24,000 nt of DNA, taken from the NCBI GenBank assembly GCA_030059665.1, contig JANVYR010000001.1, forward strand, positions 832,087-856,086, given 5' to 3'. The notes under the pieces are model-generated. The model saw only the letters and a program-made list of their open reading frames with translations. It made no database searches and was not told the DNA's origin. Source of the stretch: Candidatus Calditenuis fumarioli. GTDB taxonomy: Archaea; Thermoproteota; Nitrososphaeria_A; Caldarchaeales; Calditenuaceae. Below, one piece after another: positions 15,935 through 23,065 of the stretch. The position numbers were made by a program, and so were the translations under genes. Position 1 is the first letter of the stretch, and each line of letters starts with the position of its first letter.

Positions 15935-17188
15935 TTGGAGAGCAGGCGGATCGAGAAACTGAGGGCGAGGGTCGTCTTCGACAGCAGGGGGGACAAGACG
16001 GTGGAGGTCGAGGTGACCGTTGACGGGTTCACCGCGAGGGCCGCCGCGCCCTCGGGGAAGAGCAGGGGTAAGAGGGAGGTCCAGCCCTTCGCGGAGGGAG
16101 GGGCAGAGGGCTCGGTCAGGGCGCTGACGGAGGCGTCGCGGAGGATCATCGGCGCGACCATGGACGACCCCCTTGCGGTCGACGTACTGCTCAGGGAGAT
16201 CGACGGGACCGAGGACTTCTCCCGCATCGGAGGGAACGCTGCCCTCGCCACCTCAGTGGCCGCGGCGATGGCATACGCCGGTTCCGGGGGCGTGCCGCTC
16301 TACCTGGCCCTCTCCAGGCACCTGGGGGTCGAACCCGGGATACCGCTGCCGCTCTCGAACGTTCTGGGCGGAGGCGCGCACGCCGGATCTGGGGCTCCCG
16401 AGTTCCAGGAGTACCTGCTGGTGCCGGTGGGCGCGAAGAGCGCGATGCAGGCCATCGAGGCCAACGTGCTCGCCTACAGGAAGCTGGGCAGGCTCCTCTC
16501 CCAGGAGGTGCGCGGCTACCCGCTCGGGAAGGGCGACGAGGGAGGGTACGCTCCGCCGATCAGCAACAGGAAGGCGCTGGAGCTGGTGGCCAGGGCCGCA
16601 CAGGAGGGCTCCGACGAGACCGGGGTCCGGATAGCCGTAGGGCTCGACGTGGCCGGAAGCAACGTCCTCGACCCCAAATCCGGAAGGTACGCGCTCAGGT
16701 CCGACGGCCTCTACCTCACCGGCGAGGAGATGGTCTCCTTCATCGGAGAGCTCGTGGACAGGTACGGGATCGTCTACGTCGAGGACCCCTTCGCCGAGGA
16801 CTCGCCCGAGCTCTTCGCGGATCTCCAGAGGTCCGTGCCGCGCGCCTTCGTCTGCGGTGACGACCTCGTGGTGACCAGACCGGACCTGATACGTTCTGCG
16901 ATGGAGAGGGGAGCGATCAGGGCTGCCATCATCAAGCCGAACCAGGTGGGCCTTCTATCCGTCGCTGCCGAGTCGGCACGGGTCTGCCATGGGCTCTCGG
17001 GTCTGCCCGTCGCGTCCCACAGGTCTGGCGAGACCACCGACGCTTACCTCTCCCACTTCGCCGTCGGGACCTGGTGTAGATTAATAAAATGCGGGCTGAT
17101 CGGGGGAGAGCGAATGGCGAAGCTCAACGAGCTGCTGAGGATCGGCGAGGAGTTGGGTGGTGGGAGGATGAGGGGGTTGAGCGGGTGA
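15935..17188 (+). CDS. eno: enolase (phosphopyruvate hydratase)
   Basis: All catalytic blocks are present: APSGKSRG, GGGAHAG...EFQEY, KGDEGGYAP, GLDVAGS, VEDPF, CGDDLVVT, IIKPNQVG, SHRSGETTD and LIKCG. TTG start at 15935 is preceded by GAGGTGA (15924-15930). The stop shares one nucleotide with the rps2 ATG (TGATG). Confidence 0.9.
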   Translation: MESRRIEKLRARVVFDSRGDKTVEVEVTVDGFTARAAAPSGKSRGKREVQPFAEGGAEGSVRALTEASRRIIGATMDDPLAVDVLLREIDGTEDFSRIGGNAALATSVAAAMAYAGSGGVPLYLALSRHLGVEPGIPLPLSNVLGGGAHAGSGAPEFQEYLLVPVGAKSAMQAIEANVLAYRKLGRLLSQEVRGYPLGKGDEGGYAPPISNRKALELVARAAQEGSDETGVRIAVGLDVAGSNVLDPKSGRYALRSDGLYLTGEEMVSFIGELVDRYGIVYVEDPFAEDSPELFADLQRSVPRAFVCGDDLVVTRPDLIRSAMERGAIRAAIIKPNQVGLLSVAAESARVCHGLSGLPVASHRSGETTDAYLSHFAVGTWCRLIKCGLIGGERMAKLNELLRIGEELGGGRMRGLSG

Positions 17189-17823
17189 TGTCGGACCTCG
17201 CGATCACGCCTGAGATGGAGGTCGCGGAGATTCTGGTGAGGTGCAACGCCCACATCGGCGCCAAGATCAAGGTGGCCCACATGGCGCGGTTCGTCTACAG
17301 GCAGCGGTCCGACGGTGTCCACCTCTTCGAGGTCAGGAGGATCCTCGAGCGGCTCAACCTCGCCGCGCGGCTCATCTCGCTCTACCCGCCGGAGAAGACG
17401 CTGGCGGTCTCCACGCACGTCTACGGCACCAGGGCAGTTCTCAGGTTCGCGGAGGTGACGGGGGCACGCGCGGTGGCCGGCAAGATACCGGCAGGGATGC
17501 TGACGAACAGGGAGCTCCGCTACTACGTCGAGCCGGAGATCGTGGTCGTCTCGGACCCGAGGTTCGATGCCCAGATCGTGAACGAGGCCAAGATCGCGAA
17601 GATCCCCGTGATAGCGATGTGCAGCACCGACAACACAACATCGAACGTCGACCTGGTTATCCCGATCAACAACAGGGGCAGGCACTCGCTGCCCTTCGCC
17701 TTCTGGTACCTGGCGAGGAGGGTCCTGATAGAGCGCGGTCAGGCGACGCCGGAGCTGCTCTCCTCGATCACGCTCGATCAGTTCGTGACCCACGGCGCGA
17801 CCGAGGAGGCAACCGAGGAGTGA
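17188..17823 (+). CDS. rps2: 30S ribosomal protein uS2 (S2)
   Basis: 211 aa. Archaeal S2 blocks NAHIGAKIKVAHMARFVYRQRSDGVHLFEV and IPVIAMCSTDN. ATG 17188 overlaps the eno stop. The in-frame ORF-track start at 17089 lies inside eno. Confidence 0.92.
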   Translation: MSDLAITPEMEVAEILVRCNAHIGAKIKVAHMARFVYRQRSDGVHLFEVRRILERLNLAARLISLYPPEKTLAVSTHVYGTRAVLRFAEVTGARAVAGKIPAGMLTNRELRYYVEPEIVVVSDPRFDAQIVNEAKIAKIPVIAMCSTDNTTSNVDLVIPINNRGRHSLPFAFWYLARRVLIERGQATPELLSSITLDQFVTHGATEEATEE

Positions 17824-20371
17824 GCACAAGGTACGGGACCGCCCAGACTGCCAGCGATAGCGCGACGATGGCGTAGAGGCCGTCGGAGGTCGTCAGGACG
17901 GCCCCGTTCTCCCAGGGCTCCAGAACCGCCGAACCGCCTGGAACGAGGATCGCCTTTTCGCGATCGCCCACAACCGTGAGCTCGGCAACGCCGTCCCATC
18001 CCGTGACGGAGTAGGACTCGACGACGCCTGCATCGTTGACCAGCCTGACATCCACACCCGGTGCGGGTAGGCCCAGAGCGTCCCTCACCAGCACCCTGAC
18101 GGTCCTGACCCGCAGGGGAACGAGGTAGTCTCCGCCGCCGAGCGGTGTCACCTGAACGTCTCCCTCCGTCTGGAGCGATCCCCTCCAGCTGACGCCCCTC
18201 ACCTTCCAGACCTCTGGTAGGAGCACCTGGGAGCCCTGAGCGACCTCGATCCTCAACCCGTTGGCCTCCACGACCACCGAGGAATCCGCCGGCCCGCCAA
18301 CCGAGACCCTCACCCTCTCGAGGAGCAGCACGCTCCCGGCCTCCACCTTCACAGGCCCTCTGACGACCACGCGCATTACCTCGGTTCCGAGCGAGACCAG
18401 CGCAAGCCTCCCGTCGGACTCCACGATCGCCTCCCGCGGAACGATCAGGAGCTCTCCGTCCCTCACCCAGAGCTCCCTGCTCCCCAGAGGCCCCATCTCG
18501 AGGAGGACCCTGTGCTGAAGCAGCCAGTTGGCCGACGCGACCAGCGGCCGCTCCACCTGGACCCGCAGGGTGCGCTCATCGGAGGCGACGTCACCGGACC
18601 AGCCGACGAAGACGTACCTCGATCCCTCGGAGGCCTCGTGGTGTTCGGGGACCGAGAGGGTGACGACCGAGCCGGCGTCCGCCCACAGTTCACCGGAGTA
18701 GGCCGTGACCTCCGACCTGACCTCGACCAGGTACTGGACGGCGTACCGTGCCAGAGCCGTCAGGGGCCGATCCACCCTAACGACCGTGACCGGCGATGAG
18801 GGGGCGACGTCACCAGCCCACGACCTGAACGCCAACCTGGTCCTGTTGCCGAGGTCCACCAGCTCCTCCGCCCTCAGCTCCAGCTCCGAGCCCTCCTCAG
18901 CCCAGAGCTCGGTGACCTTCCCGATGGGTTCGCGAACCACCCTCACCAGGTGCTCCCTCGCCCACACCAGCCGGAGCTCCATCGGCCCGCTCACCTCGAC
19001 GGACTCGACCGGTTGGCCGCCGACGTCGAAGCCCCTGGCGCTGAGCCTCGTTCCGTTTCCGAAGTCGACGACCGTCCTCCCAACGACCTCGCGGTAGCTC
19101 ACCCTGCTGCCCTCGTCGATCCAAAGGGAGAGCTCCCCGTCGAGCGCCGCGATCCTGAGGAGGTGCTGCCTCACGTAGACCGCCTGAGCCGAGATCGGGG
19201 AGTCCACGACGATCTCGACCGACCCGTCCACCACGTTCCCCGGGCCATCCCACCTGACGAACCGGAGCCGTGTGCCGTTGTTGAAGTCGATCACCTCGTC
19301 AATCCGGACCGAGATCCTCGTGCCCCTGTCGAACCAGCCCGAGACCGGGTCGACGGGCCGCTCCACCCTCACGAAGAACTGCGTGACGTACCTCTGAACC
19401 ACCGTTACGTGGTCTTTCGGCCTCAGGGTGGTCCTCGCATCGCCCGATATCCTCCTCCCCGACTCGTCCCACCAGCCCTCGAACCTGAACCTGATTCCGG
19501 CCGCGTCGGTGGGGTAGATCAGCCCTTCCGCGGTGAGCTCGACGCTCCCACCGGCCTCTACCAGGATCGTCCTCAGCGTGACGGGAGGGCCGTCGTCGAT
19601 CTGCCTGAGTATCGTCACCCTCATCCTGATCGGCAGGCCGTTGACGTCGAGCAGGTAACGGTACGGGATCGAGGCCGGAAGCTCGACCGATGATGGCACG
19701 TCTCCGGTGCCGCCGCGGAGCCAGGAGTAGGCCACGGCCAGCGCGTAAAGGTTCAGCGTGGAGGGCCTGGAACCCCTGACGACGTAGGGATACATCAGGT
19801 CCTGGGAGTTGTCGGTGTGGTCGAGGCCAAGAGCGTGGCCGAACTCGTGCGACGAGACCACCCTCACCAGCTCCATGTCGGAACCGACGCACCGGAGCGA
19901 TATCTGGACCCTCGCCGAGACGATCTCGTCCCCGTCTCCGTTCAGGTAGGTGACGCCGCAGATCCTGCTGCCGAGGTCGCCGGCGAAGGAGACCGTTATG
20001 TCGCCGGAGGTCCCGTTGACGCCCCTGATCAGCGTGACGATCGAGAGCCTGTCGAGGTGTTCGTTGCCGTAGAGCGCCGTGAAGACGCGTATCGCCCTTC
20101 CCCACCACCTTATCCCCTCGAGGGCGTTGAGGTTGTGGGCGTCGGACGTGTGGGGCTCGAGCAACACGGTGAGCGTCGACTTCCTCCAGGAGCCGATCAG
20201 GTCTATGCGTGACGTCGAAGAGGCCTCGAGCTGGACCTGGGCCCCTTCCTCGTAGAGGACCCTCACCGCCGTCCACGGACTCCCCTGCGGGCGCTCCCCT
20301 GACGCGAGGGCCGGCAACGGGACCGTCAGGATCAGCAGCACCAGCAACGCCAACCTACGGCCCAAGCTCAC
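17768..20371 (-). CDS. secreted, C-terminally membrane-anchored matrixin-like (metzincin, M10-type) zinc metalloprotease with tandem repeat modules
   Basis: Zinc site plus Met-turn HEFGHALGLDHTDNSQDLMYPY (19849-19793). The predicted signal peptide is M-SLGRRLALLVLLILTVPLPALA/SGE if translation starts at GTG 20371, which has a TATA-like CTTATC (20398-20393) centred about 25 nt upstream. There are six repeat modules of about 70 aa. The C-terminal TM helix is LYAIVALSLAVWAVPYLVL, followed by a basic tail. The ORF-track start at 20527 would overlap the divergent gene. Confidence 0.8.
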   Translation of the reverse strand: MSLGRRLALLVLLILTVPLPALASGERPQGSPWTAVRVLYEEGAQVQLEASSTSRIDLIGSWRKSTLTVLLEPHTSDAHNLNALEGIRWWGRAIRVFTALYGNEHLDRLSIVTLIRGVNGTSGDITVSFAGDLGSRICGVTYLNGDGDEIVSARVQISLRCVGSDMELVRVVSSHEFGHALGLDHTDNSQDLMYPYVVRGSRPSTLNLYALAVAYSWLRGGTGDVPSSVELPASIPYRYLLDVNGLPIRMRVTILRQIDDGPPVTLRTILVEAGGSVELTAEGLIYPTDAAGIRFRFEGWWDESGRRISGDARTTLRPKDHVTVVQRYVTQFFVRVERPVDPVSGWFDRGTRISVRIDEVIDFNNGTRLRFVRWDGPGNVVDGSVEIVVDSPISAQAVYVRQHLLRIAALDGELSLWIDEGSRVSYREVVGRTVVDFGNGTRLSARGFDVGGQPVESVEVSGPMELRLVWAREHLVRVVREPIGKVTELWAEEGSELELRAEELVDLGNRTRLAFRSWAGDVAPSSPVTVVRVDRPLTALARYAVQYLVEVRSEVTAYSGELWADAGSVVTLSVPEHHEASEGSRYVFVGWSGDVASDERTLRVQVERPLVASANWLLQHRVLLEMGPLGSRELWVRDGELLIVPREAIVESDGRLALVSLGTEVMRVVVRGPVKVEAGSVLLLERVRVSVGGPADSSVVVEANGLRIEVAQGSQVLLPEVWKVRGVSWRGSLQTEGDVQVTPLGGGDYLVPLRVRTVRVLVRDALGLPAPGVDVRLVNDAGVVESYSVTGWDGVAELTVVGDREKAILVPGGSAVLEPWENGAVLTTSDGLYAIVALSLAVWAVPYLVLTPRLPPRSRRGSRTDRA
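18323..19630 (-). repeat. six tandem protein-level repeat modules (period about 71-73 aa), beta-rich, InlB-B-repeat-like pattern
   Basis: Recurrent pattern: (Y/W)xxQ(Y/H/F)(L/F)VxV ... LW(a/i/v)(D/E)xGS ... (N)x(T)RLxFxxWxGd ... Vxvdxp ... A. It is seen at about aa 300, 381, 452, 523, 595 and 668 of the 919-aa ORF frame. The repeats are divergent at DNA level. Confidence 0.6.
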
Positions 20372-20483
20372 CCACCGGCCCAACACCCGGGTGATAAGCG
20401 ATTCCGCTGCTGACGCTTCGAGGTCCTGTGGCGGGCTCAGCTGAACGGTTATCCGGTAGGCCTCCGGCTCGGCCTGGAGGGGA

Positions 20484-21152
20484 TTGCGGCTCGCGGTCTC
20501 GTGGAGCACCGGCAAGGACAGCGCCATGGCGCTCCACAGAGTCCTCTCATCGGGGAGGCATCGGGTCGTCTGTCTGCTGACGACGCTGACCGAGGGCTAC
20601 GGTAGGGTCACGATGCACGGCGTGAGGCGGGAGCTGCTCCACGCGCAGGCCTCCTCCCTGGGCCTCGAGGTCTTCGAGGTCTGGATACCTCCGAACGCTC
20701 CGAACGAGGTCTACGAGGAGAGGATGGGCAGGGCCCTCGCCGAGCTCTCGCGCAGGTACGGAGTTGAGGGCGTCGTCTTCGGCGACATATGGCTGGAGGA
20801 CGTCAGGAGGTACCGGGAGGAGAGGATGCGGGACACGGGGATCGAGCCCCTCTTCCCCCTATGGGGAGAGGACCCGCTCGGGTTGGTGGAGGAGTTCCTT
20901 CGGCTCGGATACAGGGCGTTGGTCGCCGTGGTCGATGCGGATCGACTGGACCCATCGAGGTTCCTGGGAAGGACGCTCACGCTGGAGCTCCTCGAGGAGC
21001 TGAGGGAGGTCTCTGACCCCGCAGGGGAGAGGGGAGAGTACCACACCTTCGTCTTCGACGGCCCGGTCTTCTCCCAACCCGTCGCGTTCAGGACGGGTGA
21101 GGTCGTTGTCCGGGACGGGCGATTTCACTTCATCGATCTGCTTCCAGCCTGA
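20484..21152 (+). CDS. PP-loop ATP pyrophosphatase, MJ0570/Dph6-related (diphthine-ammonia ligase-like) family
   Basis: N-terminal PP-loop variant AVSWSTGKDSAMAL and the family-typical C-terminal block GERGEYHTFVFDGPVF. 222 aa, single domain. TTG start at 20484 is preceded by GGAGGGGA. The 3' end overlaps the GT2 gene 3' end by 23 nt. Confidence 0.85.
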   Translation: MRLAVSWSTGKDSAMALHRVLSSGRHRVVCLLTTLTEGYGRVTMHGVRRELLHAQASSLGLEVFEVWIPPNAPNEVYEERMGRALAELSRRYGVEGVVFGDIWLEDVRRYREERMRDTGIEPLFPLWGEDPLGLVEEFLRLGYRALVAVVDADRLDPSRFLGRTLTLELLEELREVSDPAGERGEYHTFVFDGPVFSQPVAFRTGEVVVRDGRFHFIDLLPA

Positions 21153-22338
21153 TCCCTCCTCTCCTCAGGTCGGCCGCGTACTTCCTTCCGTGCCACTCGA
21201 CCCTCGCCTTCCCCCTCACCGTCCACGCGGTGACCCTGATGAGGGCCGACAGGATGACGAGGTGGGCCACCGGTGCAGCCAGCGCGTAGACCGCCCTCTC
21301 ACCGATGCGCCTCAGGTACACCGCCTGAGCTACCAGCGAGGCGAGGATGGGGGAGAGGCACAGGCCGACCGTCACCGGATGGGATGCCAGGACCACCGCC
21401 ATCAACGGGAGCGCCGTCGGCCCTCCGAGGAAGACCAGCCCTCCGGCGAGGTACTTGGAGAGCCTACCGACGGGCCTACCGTTCCTCGAGGCCTCGTCCA
21501 GCGCGTACTGCGTGAAGAGCCTGATCAGGCCCCCGAAGTGGTCCCTGAGGCCTCCGGCGAACTCCGCCTCGTATCTGTCCGATGCGTCGAGCAGCGCGGT
21601 CCTCCTGCCCTTCGACTTCAGCAGCTCCCCCAACGCCTTGTCGTCCAGCAGCTCGCCCCTCACCGCCGCGTGACCTCCCACCGACTCGTAGGCCTCCCTC
21701 CTGACGGCGATGAACGCTCCGAAGAAGAAGGCCAGCCTCTCCCTCGGATCGTTCGACTTGCTGGGAGGAGCCAGGAGGTACATCAGCATCAGCAGCGCAG
21801 GGAGCATCACCTTCGACGCGAGGGTACGGGTGCTGAGCCTCGGTATCAGCGAGAGCGCGTCGAGGCCCTCTGAGGAGGCCGCGTCGAGGGCGTTCTGCAG
21901 CAGCCTCCGGTCCTTCAGCCTCACGTCGGCGTCGAGGAAGACCAGCCAGTCCCCGCGTGAGTTCAGGTATCCCACGTGGCACGCCCACGTCTTCCCCATC
22001 CAGCCCTCCGGCGTCCTGGGAGGGAGCACGTAAACAACGCCGCTTCGCAGGTACCGCGAGACGATTCGCTCCGTCCCGTCGGTCGAGTGGTCGTCCACCA
22101 CGATCAGCTCCATCGCGACGCCCTCCTGAGCCAGCAGCGATTCGAGCGTCTTTCCGAGCACGCTGGCCTCGTTCCGCGCCGGGACGATCACCGAGACCGT
22201 CGTGCTTTTCGAGCCGTCGCCTGAACCGGTGAGTTTCGGGACGCGGCCGAGGTTCCTCAGGGATAGGGCCAGAGCTCCCGCCCATGCGATCGCCACCAGC
22301 AGCGAGAACGCGGCCAATGCCAGCTCCTCCGCCCTCAT
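21130..22338 (-). CDS. membrane-bound family 2 glycosyltransferase (CrtQ/HpnB/AglD-like, probable lipid- or dolichol-linked sugar transferase)
   Basis: N-terminal TM helix, then a GT-A block VSVIVPARNE...LIVVDDHSTDGT, PEGWMGKTWAC, a DxD-type FLDADV, and several C-terminal TM helices. ATG 22338 is chosen over the ORF-track start 22509 because of the TM-first architecture and the TATA spacing. Confidence 0.85.
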   Translation of the reverse strand: MRAEELALAAFSLLVAIAWAGALALSLRNLGRVPKLTGSGDGSKSTTVSVIVPARNEASVLGKTLESLLAQEGVAMELIVVDDHSTDGTERIVSRYLRSGVVYVLPPRTPEGWMGKTWACHVGYLNSRGDWLVFLDADVRLKDRRLLQNALDAASSEGLDALSLIPRLSTRTLASKVMLPALLMLMYLLAPPSKSNDPRERLAFFFGAFIAVRREAYESVGGHAAVRGELLDDKALGELLKSKGRRTALLDASDRYEAEFAGGLRDHFGGLIRLFTQYALDEASRNGRPVGRLSKYLAGGLVFLGGPTALPLMAVVLASHPVTVGLCLSPILASLVAQAVYLRRIGERAVYALAAPVAHLVILSALIRVTAWTVRGKARVEWHGRKYAADLRRGGIRLEADR

Positions 22339-22362
22339 CCGGCCCCACGCCCGGAGGCCCGG

Positions 22363-22369
22363 ATTTTGA
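22363..22369. promoter_or_regulatory. single shared A/T element (ATTTTGA / TCAAAAT), candidate bidirectional TATA
   Basis: This is the only A/T-rich element in the 55-bp spacer 22339-22393. Its core centre (about 22365-22366) is 27-29 nt from both divergent start codons (ATG 22338 on minus, GTG 22394 on plus). Confidence 0.35.
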
Positions 22370-22393
22370 GGTGAGCCGAGGCCCAAAGGCAAT

Positions 22394-23065
22394 GTGCTCC
22401 ATACGTTCATATCCGCCGAAGGGGTCCGCGAGGCGGTGCTGAGGATACACGGCAGGGGCCTCAGGGTGGGCGTGGTGCTGAGGGACCCCGCGACCGCCAG
22501 CAGGGTCATCGAGGCCGCGCGATCCCACGGCTTCAGGCCCTTCTGGGCGCTCTCGCCAGAGGAGCTGCCCCTGGACGTCGAGGTGGTCCTGCACGACGGC
22601 TCCTACCCGGCACAGCGGAGCATCGCCTCCCTGGAGCTGCGGGGAGGTGAGGACCCGGAGGAGGCCCTGCTCAGGGCCCTCTCGCTCTACGCGTCCCGCA
22701 GGCCCGGAGGGCTTGAGGTCGCCGTGGATCCGGGAATCAGGACGGGTGCGGTCTTCGTGAAGGGCGGCTTCCTCCTCTGCTCAGGCGTCTTCAGCGGCCC
22801 GGGCGAGCTGCTGGACGCCATCAGGTCCGTCTCAAGGGCTGTCGGTGAGGAGCCCCGGGCGATCTACGTCGGCATGACCTCCGCACCGCCGCCGTTGGAG
22901 CTTGTCGAGGAGCTGAAGCGCGCCTTCCCCCGAGCGAGGATCGAGATGGTCCCCGAGGGGCCGATGAGGGACCTGAGGGTGCCTGAAGACCTGAAGGGCG
23001 ACGAGCTGGACGCCTACTTCATCTACCTCAGGGCGGTCACGTGGGGAGCCCAGACCGAGCCCTGA
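22394..23065 (+). CDS. hypothetical protein, 223 aa; C-terminal half with RNase H-fold / RuvC-like (DUF460-like) nuclease signature
   Basis: Intact ORF with protein-like composition. LEVAVDPGIRTGAVFV resembles the first catalytic-Asp strand of RuvC/YqgF/DUF460 proteins (xGxDPGxxxxGxA). The C-terminal GDELDAYFIYLRA resembles the last acidic motif (DxxDA). The N-terminal ~100 aa are unassigned. The stop directly abuts the dnaJ stop (TGATCA). Confidence 0.6.
   Translation: MLHTFISAEGVREAVLRIHGRGLRVGVVLRDPATASRVIEAARSHGFRPFWALSPEELPLDVEVVLHDGSYPAQRSIASLELRGGEDPEEALLRALSLYASRRPGGLEVAVDPGIRTGAVFVKGGFLLCSGVFSGPGELLDAIRSVSRAVGEEPRAIYVGMTSAPPPLELVEELKRAFPRARIEMVPEGPMRDLRVPEDLKGDELDAYFIYLRAVTWGAQTEP

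Noticed and set aside
15935-17188. Divergent enolase N-terminal loop (APSGKSRGKREV instead of the usual SGASTG..EA) as a sign of a non-enolase superfamily member
   Set aside because: All catalytic and metal-binding blocks of true enolases are present (the Ser of the loop, GDEGG, DVA, EDP, GDD, KxNQ, SHRSGET, IKxG), and the gene sits in the conserved rpoN-eno-rps2 context.
17044-17829. 261-aa minus-strand ORF
   Set aside because: It is antisense to rps2 and the end of eno. Its composition is R/D/P-rich with no recognisable fold pattern. The real genes on the plus strand explain the region.
19299-20276. 325-aa minus-strand ORF in an alternative frame of the metalloprotease gene, together with the plus-strand ORFs 18950-19693 and 18705-19097
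   Set aside because: These are off-frame or antisense translations of the protease gene with extreme Arg/Gly/Pro content. The protease frame carries the zinc motif, the repeats, the signal peptide and the TM anchor.
21476-22594. 372-aa minus-strand ORF overlapping the GT2 gene in another frame
   Set aside because: It has R/G/E-rich low-complexity translation. The GT2 frame has the GT-A motifs and TM helices.
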